DNA from: SAR92 clade bacterium
GTDB taxonomy: Bacteria; Pseudomonadota; Gammaproteobacteria; Pseudomonadales; Porticoccaceae
Length of the DNA: 64,000 nt
Direction: 5' to 3'
Assembly: GCA_042091915.1 (NCBI GenBank)
Contig: JBELGO010000001.1
Span: 28,824 to 92,823 of the forward strand
This document shows positions 12,954 through 22,087 of this stretch, one piece after another. The notes under the pieces were generated by a model, which made no database searches, was not told the origin of the DNA, and saw only the letters and a list, made by a program, of their open reading frames with translations. The number at the start of each line of letters is the position of its first letter. Position 1 is the stretch's first letter. Made by a program: the position numbers and the translations under genes.

Positions 12954-14336
12954 ATGAGAATAGTCATTGTCGGCGCAGGCCAAGTGGGGGGCACTCTGGC
13001 GGAGAACTTGGTCCGTGAAAAAAACGATATCACTGTTGTTGATATCGACTCTGGCCGCTTAGCCGAGCTTCAAGATCGCCTCGATATTCGCACAGTCGTC
13101 GGCGTCGGCAGTTACCCGGACGTACTCTTTAATGCTGGCATCGAAGATGCCGATCTACTGGTTGCTGTCACCAGCAGTGACGAAGTAAATATTACCGCTT
13201 GCCAGGTAGCTTATTCGCTGTGTAAAACACCCGAGCGCATTGCCCGTATTCGCGCTGGCAATTACAGCGACCCGCGCTTTGCAAGCCGCCTCTTCAACGA
13301 TACCAATATGCCCGTCGGCGTGATGATTGCGCCAGAGCAAGTGGTCACTGATTACATTATTAAATTGGTCGAACAACCAGGCGCTCTGCAGGTACTAGAT
13401 TTTGCCGAGGGGGCCATCCGTTTGGTCGGCTTGCGCGCGGTAAAAAATAGCCCACTGGTAGGTCAAGAGCTGCGCACGCTGCGCGAACATATGCCCAATA
13501 TCGATGCGCGCGTTGCGGCTATTTTTCGCGATGGGAAACCGATGTTTCCCAAAGGAGAGACGGTAATCGTCGACGGCGATGAGGTATTTCTAATTGCTGC
13601 GCGCAAAAATATTCGCTCAGTGATGGGCGAACTGCGCAAACTGGAAAACCCCTATCAGCGTCTAATTATCGCCGGGGGCGGCAATATCGGCTACCGCCTG
13701 GCAAAAACCTTAGAAAACGATTATCAGATTAAACTGATTGAGTTCGACCACGAACGCACCGAGTTCCTCGCCGAGCACCTCAACAAAAGTGTTGTGCTGC
13801 GCGGCTCAGCAACAGACCAAGAGCTGCTGCTGGATGAGAATATCGATAAGACCGATCTTTTCCTAGCTCTCACCAATGACGACGAGGTCAATATCATGGC
13901 CTCCTTGCTGGCAAAAAAATTGGGTGCGCGCAAAGTAATGACACTTATCTCAAACCCGGTCTATGCCGACCTTATGGAGAGCGGGGCTATCGATGTAGCC
14001 ATCTCGCCACAACAGGCGACGACCAGCTCGCTGCTCACCCATGTGCGCAAAGGTGGCGCTGTCAGCGCGCACTCACTGCGTCGCGGGGCGGCGGAGGCCA
14101 TAGAAATAGTAGTGACTGGTGATGCTCGCACATCACAAGTGATCGGCCGCGCAATTGAAGATATCAAGTCGCCCAGTGGTGTTACTCTGGCAGCACTGGT
14201 CCGCAACGGTGAAGTAATCATTGCCCACCACGACACTGTGATAGAAGTGGGCGACCATGTGATTGTATTTTTGGTGGATAAAAATAATACTCGCGCAGTC
14301 GAAAAACTGTTTGAACCGGCCGCTGGGTTCTTCTAA
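12954..14336 (+). CDS. trkA: Trk system K+ uptake NAD-binding protein
   Basis: Two RCK_N domains (GAGQVG, GGGNIG). Confidence 0.96.
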   Translation: MRIVIVGAGQVGGTLAENLVREKNDITVVDIDSGRLAELQDRLDIRTVVGVGSYPDVLFNAGIEDADLLVAVTSSDEVNITACQVAYSLCKTPERIARIRAGNYSDPRFASRLFNDTNMPVGVMIAPEQVVTDYIIKLVEQPGALQVLDFAEGAIRLVGLRAVKNSPLVGQELRTLREHMPNIDARVAAIFRDGKPMFPKGETVIVDGDEVFLIAARKNIRSVMGELRKLENPYQRLIIAGGGNIGYRLAKTLENDYQIKLIEFDHERTEFLAEHLNKSVVLRGSATDQELLLDENIDKTDLFLALTNDDEVNIMASLLAKKLGARKVMTLISNPVYADLMESGAIDVAISPQQATTSSLLTHVRKGGAVSAHSLRRGAAEAIEIVVTGDARTSQVIGRAIEDIKSPSGVTLAALVRNGEVIIAHHDTVIEVGDHVIVFLVDKNNTRAVEKLFEPAAGFF

Positions 14337-14345
14337 GGAGCCGCT

Positions 14346-15794
14346 GTGCACTACACTGTGATTGGTCGCGTACTCGGCCTACTGCTTTCACTGTTCAGCT
14401 TTACCATGCTGACGCCGATTATTGTCGCTTTAATCTACGGCGAAGAGACTATCCCGATGTTCTTTCTCGCCTTCGCTATCACCGGCGGAATCGGCGCTCT
14501 GAGCTGGTGGTTATCGCACAATGATCACGCCGACCTGCGCACTCGCGACGGTTTCATTATTACCGTGCTTTTCTGGCTGGTTTTGAGTGTCTTCGGCGCA
14601 CTGCCGCTGATGCTCGCAGAAGCGCCGCACTTGCGTTTTACCGACGCCGTGTTTGAGTCTATCTCTGGCCTCACCACCACTGGGGCGACTGTTATGGGCG
14701 ACTTAGACAGTCTACCGCGCTCAATACTTTACTACCGCCAACAACTGCAGTGGCTCGGCGGTATCGGTATTGTTGTTATTGCCGTAGCCATTCTGCCCAT
14801 GCTCGGAGTCGGCGGCATGCAGCTTTACCGCGCAGAGACGCCAGGGCCGATGAAGGATTCCAAACTCAAGCCGCGCATTACCGAAACAGCCAATTTGCTG
14901 TTTCGCGTTTACTTAGTGCTCACGGTCTGCTGCGCTATCGCCTACTACGCAGCGGGCATGGCGCCGTTCGATGCCATCTGCCACAGCTTCTCTACCGTCG
15001 CCATTGGCGGTTTTTCAACCCACGATGCCAGTATCGGCTTTTACGACAGTCCCGTTATTATGTTGGTAGCGATGGTGTTTATGGTGCTGGCGGGGCTCAA
15101 TTTTGCGCTGCACTATTTAGCTTGGGGGAGAAAGAGCATTCTCAGCTATTGGCAAGACCCTGAGGCTCGTCTCTACCTAATTTTATTGTTTGGCGGCGGC
15201 TCACTGACTGTCGCCTACCTCTATTTCAGCCAAGTCTATGCGCTTGGCGATAGTCTACTGCACGGCTCATTTCAGTACATTTCAATTATGACCACGACCG
15301 GCTTTGCCACTGCAGACTTTGGTAGCTGGCCGACATTCCTGCCGTTCTTTCTGCTCTTCGCTTCATTTTTTGGCGCTTGCGCAGGCTCCACAGGTGGCGG
15401 TATTAAAATTAGCCGCATGTTAATTTTAGGCAAACAGTGCATGCGCGAGGTGTATCGATTGGTCCACCCCAATGCGGTATTGCCGATTAAAATTAATGGG
15501 CGCATCTTCCCCGAGCGCGTGGCCGACGGTATCTGGGCGTTTTTCGGTGCTTACTTGGCGATCTACTACTTTATTGTTTTGCTACTGCTCGCCTCCGGAC
15601 TCGACTACGTCACCGCGTGGTCGGCAACCGCCGCCGCACTCAACAATTTAGGGCCCGGGCTTGGCGATGTAGCACTCAATTATGGCGGCATTAACGATTT
15701 CGCCAAATGGGTGCTGTGCGCAGGCATGCTGCTTGGCCGGCTGGAGATCTTCACACTGCTAGTGCTGTTTTCGCCGACTTTTTGGCGCAGTTAA
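14346..15794 (+). CDS. trkH: Trk system K+ uptake membrane protein
   Basis: SGLTTTGAT, GGFS, TTTGF, GRLEI motifs. Confidence 0.96.
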   Translation: MHYTVIGRVLGLLLSLFSFTMLTPIIVALIYGEETIPMFFLAFAITGGIGALSWWLSHNDHADLRTRDGFIITVLFWLVLSVFGALPLMLAEAPHLRFTDAVFESISGLTTTGATVMGDLDSLPRSILYYRQQLQWLGGIGIVVIAVAILPMLGVGGMQLYRAETPGPMKDSKLKPRITETANLLFRVYLVLTVCCAIAYYAAGMAPFDAICHSFSTVAIGGFSTHDASIGFYDSPVIMLVAMVFMVLAGLNFALHYLAWGRKSILSYWQDPEARLYLILLFGGGSLTVAYLYFSQVYALGDSLLHGSFQYISIMTTTGFATADFGSWPTFLPFFLLFASFFGACAGSTGGGIKISRMLILGKQCMREVYRLVHPNAVLPIKINGRIFPERVADGIWAFFGAYLAIYYFIVLLLLASGLDYVTAWSATAAALNNLGPGLGDVALNYGGINDFAKWVLCAGMLLGRLEIFTLLVLFSPTFWRS

Positions 15795-16086
15795 CTGGTC
15801 TAGCTAACTTTCACGCTTTTACCCGCTTCTCAGTAGCGCTAATCGTTAGGCCTGCAATGTCTTTTCAGTGGCGCGCTCTATACCCTCCAAGCCTGACGAA
15901 GGGTTTACCTCCAGCAGCGGCCCACTCTTAATTAGCCGCTGCAAAGAAAACAGCTTATCTCGCGATTGGTGAGTGTCAGCTCTATCTCCCAGACCTGGTC
16001 GCCAAGCCGCATAGGTGAGCGAATGACATAGCGTTGTTCACTGGAAACACTGGAACTGCGCACGACATAGCTAAATATGCGGCTGT

Positions 16087-17196
16087 TTACTGCAATTTGC
16101 GCGCGCGGTAGTAGGCCTCTTCGCTGATCTCGTGGTACTGCATAGACTGCTCTTTAAAGGCGTTGATAGAATCGGCTACTTTGCGCACAAAGGGGTCGGT
16201 GGCCGCCATCTCTTCGACAACCTGCGTTGAAATGCGCGACAGTTCTCGCAGTACCTCATCGGGGAGTTGACGCAATTCAACCCCGTGGGTTTCAACCAAC
16301 TCGGTTAGCGCTGCATTGTTGCGCGCTGTGTACTCGTCGAGCATATCCTGGTTTACCGCTCGGCTAGCCACCTCAATGATCGCCTGTAAGTCGTCGGGCA
16401 GGGCATCGTACGCCGCCTTGTTAACAATAAATTCCAAGGTCGGGCCGGGCTCGTGCCAGCCGGGATAGTAGTAGTACTGCGCCACTTGATGGAGACCGAA
16501 AGCGAGATCGTTATAGGGACCAACCCACTCTGTGGCATCGATTACACCAGTCTGCATAGAGGTATAAATATCGCCCCCTGCCATGCTCACAGCCGTACCG
16601 CCGGCGCGCGTAAATACCTCGCCACCCAGGCCTGGTATACGCATTTTTAATCCCTTGAGATCTTCCATGGTATTGATCTCGCGGTTGAACCAACCGGCCA
16701 TCTGTACACCGGTGTTGCCACCGGCGAAAGGCACTAGGTTGTACTGTGCGTAGAGTTCGCGCCACAACTCCATACCACCTCCGTAGTGCAGCCAGGCGTT
16801 CATCTCTTGGGCGTTAAGCCCAAACGGAAGAGTAGTAAAAAACGGTGCGGCGAGGTTTTTGCCTTTCCAGTAGTAGGCGCCGTCGTGGCCCATCTCGGCC
16901 ACCCCTTGTGAGACGGCGTCAAACCCCTCCAGTGCTGGCACCAACTGCCCGGCACCAAATACCTTAATGGTTAGACGGCCACTGCTGAGGCGCTCGACTA
17001 ATTTGGCAAAATTTTCTGGCGCAGTACCTAAGCCTGGGAAGTTTTTCGGCCAACTGGTGACCAGCTTCCACTGGTAAGTTTTTGCTGGTGCTTGCTGGTC
17101 TGCAGCGCTACCCACATTGTTAGTGGTTTCCCCACCGCAGCTCACTAATAGTGTGGCAAACAGTAGAGCAATAAGCATCTTGTTCATATCTTTCAC
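16087..17196 (-). CDS. TRAP transporter substrate-binding lipoprotein (DctP, TakP-like)
   Basis: Lipobox LVSC, WKLVTSWPKNFPG, GLKMRIPG, YYYPGWHEP. Confidence 0.9.
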   Translation of the reverse strand: MKDMNKMLIALLFATLLVSCGGETTNNVGSAADQQAPAKTYQWKLVTSWPKNFPGLGTAPENFAKLVERLSSGRLTIKVFGAGQLVPALEGFDAVSQGVAEMGHDGAYYWKGKNLAAPFFTTLPFGLNAQEMNAWLHYGGGMELWRELYAQYNLVPFAGGNTGVQMAGWFNREINTMEDLKGLKMRIPGLGGEVFTRAGGTAVSMAGGDIYTSMQTGVIDATEWVGPYNDLAFGLHQVAQYYYYPGWHEPGPTLEFIVNKAAYDALPDDLQAIIEVASRAVNQDMLDEYTARNNAALTELVETHGVELRQLPDEVLRELSRISTQVVEEMAATDPFVRKVADSINAFKEQSMQYHEISEEAYYRARKLQ

Positions 17197-17223
17197 CCTG
17201 GAGCCGCGCTGCGGCCTAGTTGT

Positions 17224-19377
17224 TTATATAGCTGTTAAATTTGCCGAGGCCAAAATCAGTATTTTGGTACCCACCGCTTCAAAAGCAACCTGAACACGCG
17301 CGCGCGCGCCTTGACCTTCAAAATTGAGGATAGTGCCCTCGCCGTAAACGCTGTGCAGAACCTGTTGGCCCAACGCAAAACCCTCGCTGCCACCGTCGCT
17401 CATTGAAGGCTGTGCAGCGTAACTGGTGGGCCGTGCGACACTGTTGTTGAGGCGCACCTCCTGAATTAACTCGCTGGGAATATCGCGCACAAAACGCGAG
17501 ACACTGTTAAAGCTTTCGGTGCCAAACATAGTGCGGCTCTCGGCAAAGCTCAGCTGTAGCGATTCGCGCGCGCGAGTTATACCCACATAGGCAAGTCGAC
17601 GCTCCTCTTCGAGCCGGCCTGGCTCTTCTATCGACATCTTGTGCGGAAACAGGTTCTCCTCCATACCCACCAAGAATACCACTGGGAATTCGAGCCCTTT
17701 GGCACTGTGCAAAGTCATCAACTGCACAGCGTCTTGATCTTGCTCCGCTTGGTGGTCGCCGGCATCCAGTGCCACTTGGTCCAAGAATTGGCCGAGTACC
17801 GAAAGTTGTTCGTCCTCTGCTTCAAAATTGCGACAGGCGGTCACCAGCTCTTGGAGGTTTTCTACTCGCGCCTGACCGCGCTCGCCGCGCTCTTTAGCGT
17901 GAAAATCAGTCAGCCCGGTCCGGGCTGTCATATGCTCTGCCAATTCACCCAGAGTGAGTTCGCTGGCCTCGCTGTCGAGCTGTTCAATCAAGTTAATAAA
18001 GGTTTGCAGTGCAGTGGCGGCACGCGCCGCCAAGCCACTCTCGCAAAGCTGCTTGGCTGCCTGCCAGAGGCTCACTTGCTGGCTGCGCGCAGCTGTGCGC
18101 ACAGCGTCGAGGGTGCGCTCGCCAATGCCGCGCGTCGGAGTGTTGATCACACGCTCGAAAGCGGGGTCATCATCGCGGTTTTGAATCAACCGCAGGTAGG
18201 CGAGTGCGTTGCGGATCTCCATTCGCTCGTAGAAGCGCTGGCCGCCATAAATACGGTAGGCGATATCGCTCTGCAGGAGTGCCTCTTCGAGAATGCGCGA
18301 CTGCGCATTGGAGCGGTAGAGCACCGCCATCTCATCTAGACGTCGACCCTGCGCAACGCCGGCACTGACTTGATCGGCGACAAAGCGCGCTTCATCGCGC
18401 TCATTAAAAGCGGCATAGAGCGTGATCAAATCGCCATCACCGGCTTCGGTCCACAGCTGCTTGCCGAGCCGATCGCTGTTTTTAACAATCACTGCATTGG
18501 CCGCGTTGAGGATATTGGCCGTTGAGCGGTAGTTCTGCTCGAGACGAATAGTCTCTACCGCAGGAAAATCTTTTTCATAACTGAGTATGTTTTCGATGCG
18601 GGCTCCGCGCCAGCCGTAGATCGATTGATCGTCATCCCCGACCGCGGTCAGCTGCGAGCGCTTGCCCGCGAGCAGACGCAACCAGCCATACTGCACCGCA
18701 TTGGTGTCTTGGAACTCGTCGACCAAAATATGTTGGAAACGCGTCTGGTAGTGATCGAGTAGCGCGGGGTTGTCGCGCCACAGTTCTAGCGAACGCAACA
18801 GTAACTCGGCAAAATCGATAACACCCAGGCGCTGACAGAGTTCTTCGTAGTCGCGGTAGACACGCAGCATAGTTGCCAGAGTCGGGTCACCACTCTCTTG
18901 AATGTGTGCTGCGCGCAGACCTTCATCTTTTTGGCCGTTTATCCACCACTGAATCTGCTTTGGCGCCCAGCGCTGCTCATCTAAGTCGAGAGCACGCATC
19001 ACTCGCTTGACCATCCGCAGCTGGTCGTCGCTGTCGAGGATCTGGAAATTCTCGGGCAGTTTGGCCTCTTGGTAGTGCGCTTTCAGCAAACGGTGGGCTA
19101 TACCGTGAAAGGTGCCGACCCACATCGCCTGCGGCGCCATACCTATCAGCTGATCGATGCGCTCGCGCATCTCTCTGGCAGCTTTATTAGTAAAGGTAAC
19201 CGCCAAAATAGCGTAGGGCGAAGCACCCTCGACCTGTACTTTCCAGGCAATGCGGTGTACCAATACACGGGTCTTACCGCTGCCGGCGCCGGCCAAAACC
19301 AGTAAGTGGCGGCTGTCGCTGGTCACAGCTTGTTCTTGTGCGGTGTTTAATCCGCTGAGTAAAGTAGTCACATCCAT
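17224..19377 (-). CDS. uvrD: DNA helicase II
   Basis: AGAGSGKT, VDEFQDTN, EEERRLAYVGITRA. Confidence 0.96.
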   Translation of the reverse strand: MDVTTLLSGLNTAQEQAVTSDSRHLLVLAGAGSGKTRVLVHRIAWKVQVEGASPYAILAVTFTNKAAREMRERIDQLIGMAPQAMWVGTFHGIAHRLLKAHYQEAKLPENFQILDSDDQLRMVKRVMRALDLDEQRWAPKQIQWWINGQKDEGLRAAHIQESGDPTLATMLRVYRDYEELCQRLGVIDFAELLLRSLELWRDNPALLDHYQTRFQHILVDEFQDTNAVQYGWLRLLAGKRSQLTAVGDDDQSIYGWRGARIENILSYEKDFPAVETIRLEQNYRSTANILNAANAVIVKNSDRLGKQLWTEAGDGDLITLYAAFNERDEARFVADQVSAGVAQGRRLDEMAVLYRSNAQSRILEEALLQSDIAYRIYGGQRFYERMEIRNALAYLRLIQNRDDDPAFERVINTPTRGIGERTLDAVRTAARSQQVSLWQAAKQLCESGLAARAATALQTFINLIEQLDSEASELTLGELAEHMTARTGLTDFHAKERGERGQARVENLQELVTACRNFEAEDEQLSVLGQFLDQVALDAGDHQAEQDQDAVQLMTLHSAKGLEFPVVFLVGMEENLFPHKMSIEEPGRLEEERRLAYVGITRARESLQLSFAESRTMFGTESFNSVSRFVRDIPSELIQEVRLNNSVARPTSYAAQPSMSDGGSEGFALGQQVLHSVYGEGTILNFEGQGARARVQVAFEAVGTKILILASANLTAI

Positions 19378-19458
19378 AGCGGCTTATTCTAACCGACTGC
19401 CTCAGCCTGCGGGGAGTTTTGCCGCGACTAATTGCGCCATTGGCCACGGAGTTAGACG

Positions 19459-20712
19459 GTGAACAACTTTTTTAAAAAAATTACCAGCCTGATGTTGTTG
19501 AGCTTAACGCTACCGGTATTGAGCAGCGAGCAGGCCACCGATCATCTCGATTCTATTGTGCTGGGCGCGGGGTGCTTTTGGGGAGTGGAGAAGCGCTTTG
19601 CAGAGCTGCCTGGCGTCATCGATGTAGCCAGTGGTTACGCCGACGGCCGCGGCTTAAAACCGAGCTATCGCGTTATCACTCAGCCGCGCCACCGCCACAA
19701 TCCGGATAACTATGCCGAAGTCGTTAAAATCCGTTTTAATCGCCAAATCATCTCCAGCCAAACGTTGCTAGAAAAGTATTTTGAGCAACACGACCCAACC
19801 CAGCTCAATCGCCAAGGCAACGACATCGGCACGCAGTACCGCTCTACTATTCTTTACAACAGCGAGGAGCAACGCACTGCCGCCATCGCCGTGCGCGATC
19901 GCTATCAACAGTTGCTCAGCCAAGCCGGTTACGGCGACATTGTCACCGCCATCAAGCCGCTGGATAAATTCCACCCCGCCGAGGAGTATCACCAGGATTA
20001 TCTGCGCAAAAACCCCAACGGTTACTGCCCAGACCACAGCACCGGTGTGACCTTTCATCCCAGTCAACCCGCTGCACCTGTGGATAACCAGCCGCTGTTA
20101 GCGGGCAGAGCCATTGTGGTCCTAGAGGCCGAAGATTACTGCCCCTACTGTGACAAGTTCCGCGCCGATGTCAGCGATCACTATTCAGGCTCTATCCCGC
20201 TCTATTACCGCACACCTAAACAGCTGGAGGGGTTAGAGATAACAACCCCCACCTGGGCAACCCCAACGCTGCTCTTTTTAGAGGAGGGCCGCGAGCGATT
20301 TGGCGTACAGGGGTACCGCTCGGCGAAAGAGTTTTACCAACTGCTTGGCGCCTTTAAGTTGGGCGACAGTGAGGCTTTTCAAGTCGCGTTTGAAAAAGGT
20401 ACAGACGCCCGCTTCTGCCGCCAATACGATCTTTTCAAAGATACTCCGGATGGGATTTTTGTCGATACACTGAGCGGCGCGGCGCTATTCGACACACGCG
20501 ATCGGTTTAACTCCAACAGCGGCTGGCTCTCGTTCACGCAGCCTGTTGCCGGTGCTGTCTACGAGAAGCCCGACAATAGTTATGGCATGCAACGCACCGA
20601 GATCCGCTCTACCAGCAGTGACATTCACCTCGGCCATGTCTTTGACGATGGCCCCAACGGCCAACCGCGCTACTGTATTAACGCCACGGTGCTAGAATTT
20701 AAACCGCGATAA
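19459..20712 (+). CDS. msrAB: Exported MsrA / thioredoxin-like / MsrB fusion methionine sulfoxide reductase
   Basis: Signal-peptide-like N-terminus; GCFWG and AEEYHQDY (MsrA); central CPYC; HLGHVF and RYCIN (MsrB). Confidence 0.9.
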   Translation: MNNFFKKITSLMLLSLTLPVLSSEQATDHLDSIVLGAGCFWGVEKRFAELPGVIDVASGYADGRGLKPSYRVITQPRHRHNPDNYAEVVKIRFNRQIISSQTLLEKYFEQHDPTQLNRQGNDIGTQYRSTILYNSEEQRTAAIAVRDRYQQLLSQAGYGDIVTAIKPLDKFHPAEEYHQDYLRKNPNGYCPDHSTGVTFHPSQPAAPVDNQPLLAGRAIVVLEAEDYCPYCDKFRADVSDHYSGSIPLYYRTPKQLEGLEITTPTWATPTLLFLEEGRERFGVQGYRSAKEFYQLLGAFKLGDSEAFQVAFEKGTDARFCRQYDLFKDTPDGIFVDTLSGAALFDTRDRFNSNSGWLSFTQPVAGAVYEKPDNSYGMQRTEIRSTSSDIHLGHVFDDGPNGQPRYCINATVLEFKPR

Positions 20713-21753
20713 TCAGTGTTTTTTAAACGCTTCGAGCTGTTCGATCTGACGCTCTACAATCGCCAGTTCTACCGCAATAGCGTCCTCTTCTTGCCACTCT
20801 ACCGGGCGCTCGTTGCGCTCAGCCTTAGCCCACTCCTGTAAAGCGTGGCGGTGGCTGCGCAAAGCGCGCAAGTTGGCGGCAGATTCGGCTTTATCAAAAA
20901 CAATATCCTCAGCGGTCACTACCGGCTCGTCGGCTGCGGGGATTTCTGGCCGCGCTGTAGGCGGCAGCGCTTTTTGCCACTGCGCAAACTGGCGCTGATT
21001 AATATAGCTGGGTGAAACAATCTCTACACCCGCTCGGTGTAGGGTATCGAGAATACTTTTGCGCAAATTCGATTTTGTCGTGAGCAATTTGCCTACATCG
21101 GCAAGAAAGCCGCTCACTTTATAAGTGACCGCATGATCGCCGAGATGGTCAATATGAACATAGGGCTCTTCGAGTTCGACACCGCTGGCCGCCTCAAGCA
21201 GGAGAGCTTCTATCTGCTGACGTTGCAAGTCGTAGCCGAGTGAGAGCGAACTACTCACCACCGTGCCCGATTTGTGGATCACTTTAATTGGGTGGGTAGC
21301 CAGATAGAGGTGGGGGACAGTGAGCAAATCGCGCTGTTCGGTCTGCACCTCGGTATGAAAAACGCCTTTATCACTGACGCGTCCCCAGCGTTCATTGATT
21401 TCGATAAAGTCACCGACATCAAAGGTGCGCACTGCGCGCAGCATCACGCCGGCCATTGCGTTGGCCACAAATGTCGTAGAAGAGAAAGCAATGACGCCGG
21501 TAAGCAAGACACCGATTAAACTGAGAATCTGCCCGCGAGTGACTTCGGAGAGCGGCAGCTGAATAATCACCAACACTAGGGCCAGCAACAGAGTGGCCCA
21601 GCTTGCCAACTGCCAGCGCAGCGCCACAGCGCGGCGGCTCTCCTGGTTGGCGCGGTTGCGCTGGGCCTTGAACAAGATCACTAACCCCGCTGCACAAAGC
21701 AGCGTTACAGCGACACCGATAATACTGCTTAAATGATCCTGCAACTCGCTCAT
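20713..21753 (-). CDS. MscS-family small mechanosensitive channel
   Basis: Three N-terminal TM segments, NAMAGVMLR..FDVGDFIEI. Confidence 0.85.
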   Translation of the reverse strand: MSELQDHLSSIIGVAVTLLCAAGLVILFKAQRNRANQESRRAVALRWQLASWATLLLALVLVIIQLPLSEVTRGQILSLIGVLLTGVIAFSSTTFVANAMAGVMLRAVRTFDVGDFIEINERWGRVSDKGVFHTEVQTEQRDLLTVPHLYLATHPIKVIHKSGTVVSSSLSLGYDLQRQQIEALLLEAASGVELEEPYVHIDHLGDHAVTYKVSGFLADVGKLLTTKSNLRKSILDTLHRAGVEIVSPSYINQRQFAQWQKALPPTARPEIPAADEPVVTAEDIVFDKAESAANLRALRSHRHALQEWAKAERNERPVEWQEEDAIAVELAIVERQIEQLEAFKKH

Positions 21754-21787
21754 CCCACCCCCCTAACAGCGGTTGGTGCTGCCGTTG

Positions 21788-22087
21788 TTACTCTGCTCCG
21801 AGTTCACTGGCACAGCGTTCAAGCTGCACCGCCAGTTTAAAATCTCGCTCAGTAACACCACCGGCATCGTGGCTAATAAGCTCCACCCAAACCCGATTGT
21901 AGACATTACCCCACTCAGGATGGTGGTCTAGCTGCTCGGCGGCATCTGCACCGCAGCGAATAAACTCTATTGCCTGAACAAAATTGCCAAACGTTAAATC
22001 GCGACACAACGCGCCGACAGCGCGATCGTAGCGCCAGCCGCTGTACTGCTGAACAAACGCTTCTATCTGTTGTTGAGTTGCTAACAT
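21788..22087 (-). CDS. Pterin-4-alpha-carbinolamine dehydratase
   Basis: DHHPEWGNVYNRV and SHDAGGVTERD motifs. Confidence 0.92.
   Translation of the reverse strand: MLATQQQIEAFVQQYSGWRYDRAVGALCRDLTFGNFVQAIEFIRCGADAAEQLDHHPEWGNVYNRVWVELISHDAGGVTERDFKLAVQLERCASELGAE

Noticed and set aside
15885-15915. Hammerhead-like CTGACGA followed by a short stem
   Set aside because: The required GAAA after stem II is absent and stems I/III cannot be formed
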